From positions 1,798,001 through 1,862,000 of the forward strand of contig CM060732.1 of NCBI GenBank assembly GCA_030704615.1: a stretch of DNA of 64,000 bases, given 5' to 3'. A model generated the notes under the pieces. It did not search any database, was not told the DNA's origin, and saw nothing but the letters and a program-made list of their open reading frames with translations. This DNA comes from Takakia lepidozioides (lineage: Eukaryota; Plantae; Bryophyta). A program made the position numbers and the translations under genes. Position 1 is the first letter of the stretch; each line of letters opens with the position of its first letter. Shown here in pieces: positions 1 to 10,800 of the stretch.

Positions 1-919
1 ATACTTAAGCGCATGTGGACCAAATATGAGCTTGAACCAAGTTCATTCAATGGGTCATTCAAGTGTTAAACACATCTACGTGTTTTAGAGACGGAAAACT
101 GCATTTCGTTTGCACATGATTTTTTTTAAATTCCGTTCTTAAACCATATGCTTAATGACAACATATGCAATGTGCGTACAAAATTTGAGAGTAAATAAAA
201 GTCATTTGGACCCAAAACCATATTTTCTTCCCTCATTTGCACTCCAAAGTTGAGATGTTTTCAACTTCATGCACTCTTCATAGAGAGTTCTGCAATAGTG
301 AACGAAGATTTTTTATTTATTTTTTAACATTTGTTTTTTGTCCAATCTTTTGCACGGATGTAGTGGTGCAAAGGTTGAATTCACATAACAAAATCAATCA
401 TTACGTCGCAGAAATCCCCAATCATAGAACCCCAGGCGAAAGGGTATTGCGACGCCCTAGCTCGACTGCGACGGCGGGGAATCGCAACCTCGCCATTGTG
501 GACGGGGGGCCGTTGCGACTCCATGGCGACACAGCCTCCCAGGGGCGTCGCAGGGTATGTCTGCGATTCCCGGATGTTGCAAACCCTAGCTCGAGCTGGC
601 TCGGCCCTCCCCACGCGCCTAAGTGGGAGAGGGTGTTGTTGCGACTCCCGGGAGTCGCAGCCTGGCGGGGGCGTCGCAGAGCGTATCGGCGACTCCCGGA
701 CGACGCAACCCCAGGCGCGCTAGCAGATCATGCCCCAATTCCAGTGACATGGTGGCAATGCAAGGTGGGGGCAAGGTCACCTGAGCGGTGCCGTTGCGAC
801 GCTCCAACATCACAATTCATGGATCGGGCGCCTGCGCGGCCCTGCAGTCGCAGGGGGGTCGGCGCGTCCGGCACGCCCGGGGTCCCGTCGTCGCTAAACC
901 CCCCCTAAACGTAGTAGTG
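1..919. mobile_element. Right end of a CACTA (En/Spm) DNA transposon
   Basis: Ends ...CCCCCTAAACGTAGTAGTG at 919 (reverse complement CACTACTACGTTTAGGG). Preceded at ~400-900 by dense GC-rich subterminal repeats in both orientations (GCGACTCCCGG / GTCGCAG / GCGACGCCC). The left end lies outside the window. Confidence 0.75.
95..385 (+). repeat. Dispersed AT-rich repeat, inverted homologue of 39990-40295 and 41350-41660
   Basis: TGCACTCCAAAG..CTTCATGCACTCTTCATAGAGAGTTCTGCAATAGTGAACGAAGA matches the reverse complement of TCTTCGCTCACTATTGCA..TATGAAGAGTGCAT..TTTGGAGTGCA found in both right-hand copies. Confidence 0.8.
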
Positions 920-938
920 CACATTTCCTTTGTGGCAG

Positions 939-1150
939 CTGGAGAAGAGAGTGATTATTGTGCTCGAATAGAATATAAATGACCTGAATATAACTATGAG
1001 CACACCACAAATGAGCTTGGAGGCTTACATTCGGAAGTGGAAAAGGCTGACATGGAGGTACTGTTTTTTCCGAGAGTTTGCCAAGGAAGGGAATATATCG
1101 AGATCCAGCGATTTGGACAATCAGGTTGGAGGCAAGTGGGCCATGATGAG
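939..1150 (+). pseudogene. Degenerate exon homologous to exon 63846-63544 of the methyltransferase-containing gene
   Basis: After the acceptor tttcctttgtggcag it reads LEKRVIIVLE*NINDLNITMSTPQMSLEAYIRKWKRLTWRYCFFREFAKEGNISRSSDLD. This aligns with LEERARSVLHTQLADYGITMTAPKVSFQAYMRKWRATVWQSCFFREFSKGGGISRTNELD, with the same acceptor position. Confidence 0.8.
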
Positions 1151-1192
1151 GGTCGCTTATAGGTCCTCCCAAACTTTTCTCTTTTTTTCACT

Positions 1193-1520
1193 TTGTGATG
1201 ATCGTTAACGATCATTGTAGCAGGTTGTTGTCTGAGGGGGTCACTTTGTATGGCAAGTGCCAAACAAGTGATCGTTCACATGTGATGATCGTCGACGATC
1301 ATCACATGTTTATTTTTTAGCTGATTGCACTCTCAGGTTTTACATTATTTTTTTTGAAAATACAGTAGCAGTCGATTATGTTCTTCATGCTGTGTGTGTA
1401 GTTTCTTTCCAGGGAGAATGTGATAATCGTCGACGATCATTACATTCTCTTGTGTTTTACTGTGGCCGGGTATCATAGACTGCACCCTTCGAATGTGATG
1501 ATCTTCCAAAATCATCACAT
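1193..1520. repeat. Four spaced copies of a palindromic repeat (TGTGATGATCGTCGACGATCATCACA)
   Basis: Copies at ~1193, 1278-1309 (perfect 32-bp palindrome ACATGTGATGATCGTCGACGATCATCACATGT), ~1419 and ~1493. Confidence 0.85.
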
Positions 1521-2232
1521 GTCGCGGCCCTTTGCCTTGAGGGCGAGGGGTCGGGACACAAGAGGGGCTGCCCTTGTGGTGGGGGCAGCGGCAACAAATA
1601 GGGATAGGGGCTGAAGTACCCTTGAGTGCCGAAGGCACTCAAGGAGGTGGAGGCGCTCACTAGGTGGAGCCTCGCCAACCGGGTTGCGGTGGGGGGGCTC
1701 CGTGTGGGGTGGTGGTAGTGTAGGGAGTCGTAGTGGGGGTGGTATAGGACTCACCATGAGGCTGAGGCATTGTGGTGGAGTCGTGGGGAGTCTTGGGACT
1801 CACCACGGTCCATTGGGGCCGTGGTGGGTGGGCCAAGACTCACCGCAGGTTTATGACAAGGAGTCAAGGGTCGAGGTGGTAGTTCACCAGATTTGAACTT
1901 GGCTGTTTGTGGAACCCTCGCGGACACTTACAGAAGTATATATAGGGAGTAGTAACCCTGATAACGGTGCAAGCCCGTTGGTGAACAAAAGCTAGTGAGT
2001 AAGCGTGCGAGCCAGAAAGCGACCAAGGTGTGGGGAGCTATTCCGGACTGCCAACTACTAAAAGCGAATTTCCACTAGGCCCAAAGTGGTGGAGGAGTAA
2101 GGGGGACCGTTATGCCCCGGTGAGCAGCCGAAGCTCCGAATTGGCCCGACGGCCAGTTTGGGAGTTAGGCGCGCGCATCAAAGCGAGTAACTATGACTTA
2201 AAGGGGGAGTTACCAAAGTGAGGTGCGCGATA
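1520..2232 (+). mobile_element. 5' LTR of a Ty3/Gypsy retrotransposon (same family as 42104-56219)
   Basis: Termini TGTCGCG...CGCGATA (decayed TG..CA inverted ends). Reverse-complement match to the LTRs at 42104-42740 and 55746-56219. Followed by a PBS. Confidence 0.9.
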
Positions 2233-2234
2233 TT

Positions 2235-2246
2235 TGGTATCAGAGC
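2235..2246 (+). promoter_or_regulatory. Primer-binding site complementary to the 3' end of initiator tRNA-Met
   Basis: TGGTATCAGAGC two nucleotides after the LTR end. Confidence 0.9.
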
Positions 2247-2255
2247 CTAGAGTTC

Positions 2256-3249
2256 TGTAAAGGGAAAATAGGTGATGAGAAACACACTTGGATTTTGCAA
2301 GTAGAGTATAGAGTGTGCGGGAGAAGGAGACAACAAGCATAGTGGCAAGGCAAACTGGATGAGCAATAGAAGAATGAACGTGGATTAACAAAGAGAAGGA
2401 TGAAGGTCTTGGTTCACTTCGTGGATCAGGATGGATGTAGTGTGAACAGTCAGCATGGGGGAGATACATTCATCAAGTGAGAGGTTGCTTGAGCGCCATG
2501 CCACGACGGATGAAGCCACTGGATGAACAACAGACGAGCAGGGTGGATGGACATAGTTTGACAGCATGCAAACCAATGATCTGATGTTGATCAACGGATG
2601 AGGGGACGTTGTCTTGTGACACTAAGGCGCATGACTAAGCGAAACCATGTAATTAAGTTTTGGGCTCGTAAGATCTTATCAAGACGTGGATCAGGGCCAC
2701 ATGTCCATAACTTAGTGCTTAGTCAGCAGGCACGACTAGGGAAGGCTTAGCTGATTAGTAGATGTTGGGGCAGTGATTAGAACGTAGGGACTTGGGAAAG
2801 TACGATTTCCAAGGATTATTGCAGGGTACAAGGTAGCAGACAGAGATCATTTAAGGCAGAGAGACAATTCACTTTGAAGTTAAGTTTTACTTTCAAGTTA
2901 GAGAGAGGCGATGGAGACAGAGCAGAAGAAACGCGGATTAGACTGAGTAGGTTTAGTGAAGTGATTAGTGAGATGTGTGTATCATGTTGGTACTAAGCGG
3001 CCTTGATAGTAAGCAGTGTGATACAAAAAAGATAGACTGGATTTACAAGGCAAAGCATGTATAGTTGAAATCAACGATCAAGAGAGTAATACTGGAAAAC
3101 GTTTGAGCTGCAACAAGTGTAGAGAGAACGAAAAGAGACAAGATGAGGGTAGCTGGGCTGGATCACAAGTAAAACTTATTCGTGCAGGCCCTGTAAATGA
3201 TAGATCGAGATGAAAAGCAAAGACAATAAGTTGAGAAGTATGTATTGAG
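2256..3249. other. Unidentified ~1 kb segment replacing the Gypsy leader (possibly a different LTR or TE fragment)
   Basis: Homology to the 55730 copy stops just after AGAGTTC and resumes in gag at ~3250. The segment begins TGTAAAGGG and has no convincing ORF. Confidence 0.35.
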
Positions 3250-3432
3250 GGGCACCTTCGAGGGCGTCCGAAATCGAAAGGCACTCACGCTCTTGGAGCT
3301 AGAGCAATACTTCCAGGCGGCCAAGTTGAGTGACGAGGATTGGGTGGAAGTGGTACCCACCTATTTGAGGGGCTACGCTCAACAATGGTGGCAGAAACGC
3401 CTTCAGGACCAAGGGCCAAACCGAGAGACATC
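3250..3432 (+). pseudogene. Gypsy gag fragment
   Basis: TFEGVRNRKALTLLELEQYFQAAKLSDEDWVEVVPTYLRGYAQQWWQKRLQDQGPN is nearly identical to part of the gag in 54257-55744. Confidence 0.9.
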
Positions 3433-4127
3433 ATCAAACATATATGGACTGCAAGTTTACGGGAGGGGGGGGGGGGGAATTCACAATGGCATCATAACAC
3501 TAAGAAGGGAAGTGGAATGGGGAACATGGAATTACAATTTGGGGTCTTCTCTTCACTTTCTCTTGCTGATCACAGGAAGGGAAAAAATTGCTCCCACTAT
3601 CGACTGCCAGCCTTTCTGACCAGACAAACTGACCACCTTGCATGTCCACGATTCTGAGTTTCTTGCACATAATAGGCTAGTGGTTACAAGCCTAACACTG
3701 GATTATAGCCAATGTTCGTCATGGGTACGACTTTTGCACAAAAACGAATTACGACTATGTGAGTGTAGCATGCATGATGCAGCAAATTAAGAATTTGCAG
3801 ATTGGTTCTTGTGAGAATGAAGTGGAGTGGGTACTTCTGCAAAACCTCCACATTGGTGGCATCGTGACATGGGAACATCATATACTGGGTATCTCCATTT
3901 CAGACAAAAATGAGGGGAATGGGGTAAGGATTTTTCTCAGCAATAGCTTGCCATGGTGGCGCTGCCAGAAGTTCAAACCAACAATAACAGTCATGGTAAA
4001 GGTGTGCTAGTCATAGTGCAGCCTACAAGAAAATCTACTCTACACTAGAGGTGAACTTCACTACCACCCATGGACCTTTTGAAATCTGGATAGGAGTGAA
4101 CAAGCATGCTGTCATTTAGTCACTGCA

Positions 4128-5527
4128 TTACACATCGATGTCGGGCAGCTCGTCCTCACTGTCATCTTCTTCCTCATCGGTATTGTCATTCTCCACCACA
4201 ATGGGTGCCTCATTGCGCACATCCCTATATAGTGAGGCAACAACTTTGGGAGTCACTTCAATTGTGTGACCCAAATTGGGGCCTGCAACATGTGTCTTTT
4301 CGACTCGTTCAGGGGCTAAGAGGCCTTCCACACTACGAAGATCATCGTTACCAATTGACACATCACAAACCATCCGAGAAGTCTGGGGCTTTTCTCAAGG
4401 ACCACATTCCACGGAGGTTCATGAACACAAGTGCTGAAAAATACCTGCTCCACCTGTGAGGGCAACATGAATGGCTGCTCTTGTGGAGCCAACATATGGG
4501 AGAAATTCACCAATGTGAACCCACAATCATCCTGCTTCATGGATGCTGGCTGATTGCGGCCACACGTGTCAATGGTGTGGCGGATCAGTAGGTGCTGCAA
4601 TTCATGTGCCAAAACAATTCACAATAAAGTCACAATGGGCCTTGTCTTCCCATAGTCAATTTCTAGTATCTCCCTAATGATACCCACGTACCGCAGGCTT
4701 TCTACCACCTCCTCTCCTGAACTATTTGTAGATACATGCTGGAAAACAGATGACACCCCCGAGTCATATGACATTGTACTTGTGTCCATATTGGTTGAAG
4801 AGACCCTGTAGTGGTTTCCATAAGCTGACATGCTATTGTATGAAGTTGCAATGAACGAGGGAGGCCTGGACAAGTCCAACATTTGGCAATACTTGAGATC
4901 GGATTCAGAATTGGGAATCCTGTCCACATGTGAGCGCACAACATCAATCAGCCAGTCTGCATATTTGGGAGGAAGAGCCAAGTCTAGTGGGTACTCATAG
5001 TCCTCCCCGTGAGCTGCCCTCCCTTCAGCACGTTTTTCCTGCAAAAACAACTAGCGACCTGCCTCCACACGTGCTCAAATTGTTTCATACATCCTGACAT
5101 GAATGTGTCCCTCCCGTGAGAACCAACACGTTCACATAATGCATTTCTATGACAATCAGCAACTCCAAACTGGCATAAACAATGAAATGTTGCATTGAAC
5201 ATAAACAATTAACATCAACAATGAACTGTTGCATTGTCACCTTGGTTAATGGGTTGTTACTTACTCGAACATGGTGTGCATGCTAGGATAGTTTTCAATA
5301 ATGTACTGGTGGAGAACTGAACACAATTCTGCTGTGAATTTACGAGGTTTCCCTGCTCTTTCCAACACGCAACCAGACACGGATTCCTCCTCTCCTGCAT
5401 CCCACACTCTCCGTCTAGTAGCATCAAAACTTGCCATGTACTCTGTGCAAAAGCCAAGAGCCTCCTCAAACATGTACCCCTCGGCCATACTGCCTTCGGG
5501 CTTTGCCATGTTGTGAACGTAGCCTTG
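4128..5527 (-). pseudogene. CACTA TnpD-like transposase, C-terminal half (DUF4218/DUF4216 regions), spliced and disrupted
   Basis: Motifs NMAKPEGSMAEGYMFEEALGFCTEY, YGNHYRV..YDSGV, YVGIIREILEIDYG, DDCGFTLVNF and EQPFMLPSQVEQVFF, followed by an acidic tail. Contains stops and frameshifts and is 5'-truncated. Confidence 0.85.
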
Positions 5528-6437
5528 CTACCAAGGCAAACAGAAAATGCACAATGATCACTCCCACCTTTGTGATGGGAGCTTCACTCGACTATGACAA
5601 CTGCATCGCATGATCCACATCTTTGACAACCTTGTGTCCACAACCACATCCCTTAGCAGCCGCATCCCAGATTACATTGAGTTGACGGATTCTCTACTGT
5701 GCCAGTAATATCGCATGGGTGATTTAAGAGTCTTTCGGAGAAATTAACAAGAAGAGAGAGGAGCAATATGCAAGCCCAGAAGGAGTTGCACAGTGGTACT
5801 CCAAACATGCAATGAAGAAAAGCAGAAAAGCAGAAAAGCACGGAAACATGCAACTGCATGAGGTGGTGCAAGCTAGCTAACCTCAGCATATTACAAAGAC
5901 AGATTTATACTCTAAATGACTATCACAAGAAGGCAAAAGAAAATTACTTGTACCGACAAGGCATGGTCTTGGTCGATGCAAGGAGAAAAGAAAGGCCCTC
6001 CGCGCTCAAGCACGCGGGGACATCACCCGCGCTGCCTCTCCCGATTATTTTCGGGCATTTTGGGCAATTTCCGAAAGAATTGATGACGATGACGTGGCTA
6101 CGAAACATGGCAACGGAATGTGGCGACGATGACGTGGTACAAAAACACCCTATTCCTGCTCTATGCTAAACTAGCTTCCGACCTTCGGTCATCGCTAGAA
6201 TAACAGCATAGAGTTAGCCCCACCAAGGCCTAGGAGGGTGGACCCACCTTTGCAATGGGATCCAGTGGACCCTACCTTATTGGACCCGGGCAAGTCAGGG
6301 CCAAGGGACCCTACCTCATTGGACCCGGGCGGGCGAGGGGTCGCGAGGGGTCTACCCCAAACCATCCAAGCGGCCCGCACTAGCCGGGCCCACCCCTACC
6401 TTAAAGACCCAATTAATTTTTAATGACTTGCCGTTAA

Positions 6438-7449
6438 GGTCTGGGGTGGCATTTTTGGCCCCAAACGCGGAGGTTTCTCAGGCCGAAGATCAGGCCGCGG
6501 GCCCGCCACTGACATGGTCACCATTCTGCATGCAGAATGGCTTCCGGATCACAAACTCGCCATTTTGTACTAGATAACAGGCAGGGGTTGGCATATTATG
6601 CCTCCACGTGAGGCGTCCCGGGGCTCCCTTGACGGCTTAGGGGGAGGCATAATATGCCAACCCCTGCCCGTTAACTGGCGTAAATGATTTTTGTGGCAGA
6701 TTATGCGAGGCCCCTGATTGGCAGCAGGCCATAATGACGGGCCACAAAGTCAAACAGCCGAATTACAGCAGTCAAACTGCCGGTTATGAATGCAGAATGC
6801 GCCAGCACCCTGAATGGCGTGGAGCGACGATCTTCTGCAATTTAATTTGCCTCATAAAACGCATAATCTGCCCCCAAAATCCTTTAGGTGTGCGTAAAAC
6901 CTTCAGATTTTTTGGCTTTGTTAAAATTAGGGCTTCCCTGACAGGAATTTTCCCTCGCACGTGATTACAGGTTTTTGCCCCGGGACGGGGGCTGTAATCC
7001 CAGATTATGGAATCTGTCCCCTGACAGGCTGGCATATTTTATGGATCTATTATTCTTTAATATTGGGCAGACGATTTTCAAACTTGGGCAGCGAGCTACA
7101 ATGAAGTGAAATTGAAACCCTAGTGGCAACGCAGAGGAGAAACGGGCAATTTCAGAAACGGGCAGCTTCGTTTTTACGAGAGGTAAAGCCCTCGCCCTTG
7201 GATTTTCCTGGATTTTCGACCCCTGCCCTCGGGCTCCGCCCTCGTCTGGGGTGCATTTTCTGCAGTTCTCTTTTCTGGAAGCCACTCTGTAAGAGGTAAA
7301 GCCCTGGCCCCATGACTTTCCTGGATTTGAGGCGCCTGTCCCGAGGCCGAGGGCGGGGGTCGAAAATCCAGGAAAGTCCTCGGGCGAGGGCTTTACCTCT
7401 TACAGAATGGCTTCCAGAAAAGAGAACTGCAGAAAATGCACCCCAGACC
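6438..7449. mobile_element. Non-autonomous TIR element with TTAA target duplication (Kolobok-like termini)
   Basis: TTAA(6434-6437)|GGTCTGGGGTGGCATTTT ... AAAATGCACCCCAGACC|TTAA(7450-7453). Internal ~62-bp inverted repeat 7244-7304 / 7387-7448. No transposase ORF. Confidence 0.7.
6580..6668. repeat. Hairpin-forming inverted repeat with ~26-bp arms
   Basis: GGCAGGGGTTGGCATATTATGCCTCC (6580-6605) and GGAGGCATAATATGCCAACCCCTGCC (6643-6668), with a 37-nt loop. Confidence 0.85.
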
Positions 7450-7803
7450 TTAACGCCATTGAAGGCGCCGTGGAGCATCATTCTGCTCGGTTCGCTGCCC
7501 GTCCTCGAATTCTGGCTCGCCCGTTAGCGCCTTCTATAGTACATCTGTGCTTCCTTGAGAAGGTGCCACGTCATGGACGCAAATGGAGTTCTGACCGCAA
7601 AGGTCTTGCGCGGTGGGGTCCATTGATCCGTGTAAGAGAACGAGCGGTAGGTGCAGCCAGAGATGTTGAGCAAGGCGGGCCGAGATGGAGAGAGGAGAGA
7701 TATTTGGTGCTGGCTTCCTTGCGAGAAGGTGTTAGGGTAGAGCATACTGGTGGTATGTGATAACTGGAAGAGAGCTCTGATAGGCACATGCGTGACAGGA
7801 GCA

Positions 7804-10800
7804 ATGGCATGGAACGTACCAGGAGTATCACCATCACCACACCTCCATTCGTCTTCCGCTCTCCTCTCCTGCCGATACTCCTCGACTTCTCCAGCATACA
7901 AAATCGTTTGCAAGTCCTTTTTCTGGAGATTTCTCCCCTGCACACCTGCTACAAGTCGCACCGATGGGCAACGGTGTTGTGAGTTTTCTCTCTGTTTTCC
8001 CCTGATCACCTTTACCATATCCCCTGTGTCTACCTAGCATGAGGTTACTTGATTACCCCTTCTCCTTTTTCTAATCCAAGAAAGAAAAGAATGGTGTGGG
8101 TTGGGGCTAGCGTAACCTTCTGTGCCTCCTCCACTGTTGGCCTTACTAGTTCCTATCAGGAGGTGGGCCCTTTCAACAGCAGTTTGTATCTAAGGGGGTA
8201 GCTTTGTTTCCTGGTTTCACATGCTAGATTCTCAGGATCCCCTAAGTACCGAACTTGGCGTGGCAATGCTTGTGGCTTGGTGGACCTGCCCGGGAAGTTT
8301 CCAAAGTAGGCCACGATGGGATTTGAACCCTATGCTGTCTCTTTGAAGCTGATGCAGATCAGGAAGGAAAATGAGGGTTAATGCCACACAGCCATTTGTA
8401 GATTGGAGGTCAAAGCTGCAGAGTCGTTTGTTTGGCGAATGGGCCTCTTTTTAGTGTTGGTTTCACGTCCTGCTCTTGAATAGGTTGCACACAGTCTTGG
8501 TGGAAGCCAAGGTTCGTGTTATAGTCCTTCTCGAGTGACATGTTGTCAACAGTGCCATGAAGTTGGAAACATTGAACTCAGCAACTGGAAGTGTTCATTG
8601 TACGTCTTCACACCACATATATCAAACATATATCTCACAACAACGCTGGTACCAGCCGCAATACTCGGCAATAATCATTATTATTTCTAAGTCAAAGAAA
8701 ACCGTCAGTGGACTGTCTCAAATGAGGGCTGACTAGGAAATGAGTTTTGGATTTTTGTTGATTCTTTCCGATTTGGTTGTTTGACACTTCCAGTGCCAAG
8801 ACATTCTTTGTTGAGGTACAATGGGCTGGTAAGGAAACCAGCGCTGGAGGTCAATTCAGTCAAGCATAACAGGCAAAGGAATAGCGGCAGTGCTAACTCC
8901 GCAGGTATGGCACTATTTTGTGCTTTCTATATTGCCTCAATTGGTGGTTTTGAAAGGAAAATAGGTTGTTACATAATATGTTAATGGTTGGAATGCTTGC
9001 CACTGTAGAGATGCTGTCAGGAAAGGGCCTAGAAGATGTAATGGTTGACAATCTCAGTGTACAGTTGCCATACGTAAGGACGTGTGTTTTGGTCTTAAGT
9101 TTGACTCTCTCTGGTTCCAAAAACAGGTAGCTAACATTTGAGTCAAATGTGGTGTAGCTGAAAGGATTAGTGTGGTCTAAAGTCTTGCGATGCAGCACCT
9201 AAGGCACATGCTGTTCATACTTCTGCTGTCAGCTTTAGGGAGAGAGAATGTACTCATAAGACATCGTTTGCCGTTGCCTTGTGGCCATTTGCGCGCCCAG
9301 TTTGAGCGGAACACAAAGGGACAGAAAGTACCTTCGTCAGTGGCTGATGCTGGTAGTATGACTTACCTTGAAATAGACAATTGAGCCAAGTTTTCCAGAT
9401 ATCCTCTAGAAATCCTTTCACACAAACATCAATTTGCTGTGTGTGGTTGCCCGATAACTAGACCCCAAAAGGGCCTGGGCTTTTGGCTCAGCCTTGAGAT
9501 TTTCAAAGTTGGTAAACAGAGGTATAGGAACAATTCCCTTGATGGATTTGAAGAGGGTGTCTCTCTGGTGAGAGTACCAGGACAATGAATCAGAAAGTGG
9601 ATATTGTCTTCAGGTTGCCGCACAACAGGCATTTTCAATCCCCCTTTCCTCTCTGTGTCTGTTTGCTGTTCAAAAGTAGGCTTCTCACTAAGAGTGTAAA
9701 TTTCAGTCTAGTGCCGAGGGTTGGTAAACCCTTGAGGTCATCCATGAGGGCCATGTCACAGACTGGAAACAAGTTCAGGGAGGTTTTGTGCCTAACTTCA
9801 TTTTTGTCAGACAATTTCCTGGCAACAGACATGGCTTTGGACTCTACAGCCTCTACGTCAGATTTCTCCAGCAGGGTCAAGACTTGCGGGCTTAGATTCA
9901 GATCCTTGAGATTCTCTTCTACTCTCTTCCGCCAGGACTTAGCCTGTTTGACAGGGTGATCCTGCTTCCAAGATATAGAGTCGATTAACTTAGGATGTCT
10001 GATATTAGACATGTTGCAGCTGACCCCACCATCTGACCTTGAATTGATCTCATCGGGAGCTTAGGAAGGGGATGCCAAACTCACCCCGAACAGCCACGTT
10101 GGCTGTTTTGGAGCATGCTGACATGCACTCCTTAAGCACCCCTACTTGAATGGATTCTGGAGACTTAGCCTGGTTGGAGTAATGGACCCATTCTGCAGAT
10201 GCGTACACCAAGGCAGGCCTAATAACGCGGCAAAGCATGGTTTTTTTTACTTCAGAGTTGATCCCTTTGCACTGGAAAGGTCAAGGTCAAAGTATCTCTT
10301 CCCGCCCTGAGTTTAAATTTCAGTCTAGTGCCGAGAGCGGGTAAACCCTTGAGGTCATCCATGATGGCCTCACCCATGTCACAGACTGGAAACAGTTCAG
10401 GGAAGTGCCTAACTTCATTTTCATCAGACAATTTCCTGGCAATGGACATGGCTTTGGACACTACAACCTCTATGTCAGATTTACCCAGCAGGGTGAAGAC
10501 TTGCGGACTTACATTCACATCCTTGAAAATGTCTTCTACCTCCGCCAGGACTTAGCCTGTTTGACAGGGCGAGCCTGCTTCCAAGACATAAAGTCGCTTA
10601 ACTTAGGATATCTGATATTAGTTATACATTGCAGATGACCCCACCATCTGACCTTGAATTGATCTCGGCGGGAGCTTAAGGGAGGAATGCCAAACTAACC
10701 CCGAACAGCCACATCAGCTGTTTTAGAGCATGCTGACATGCACTCCTTGAGCACCCCCACTTGAATGGATTCTAGAGAGTTAGCCTGGTTGGAGTTTTCA

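Noticed and set aside
237-908. 223-aa ORF as a real gene
   Set aside because: It runs through GC-rich CACTA subterminal repeats and has no recognisable domain.
1193-1520. CRISPR array
   Set aside because: Spacing is irregular, repeat centres vary, there are no cas genes, and the context is eukaryotic with spliced genes.
2235-2246. tRNA gene
   Set aside because: Only the 12-nt PBS complement is present, with no cloverleaf. No rRNA or tRNA genes were recognised in the window.
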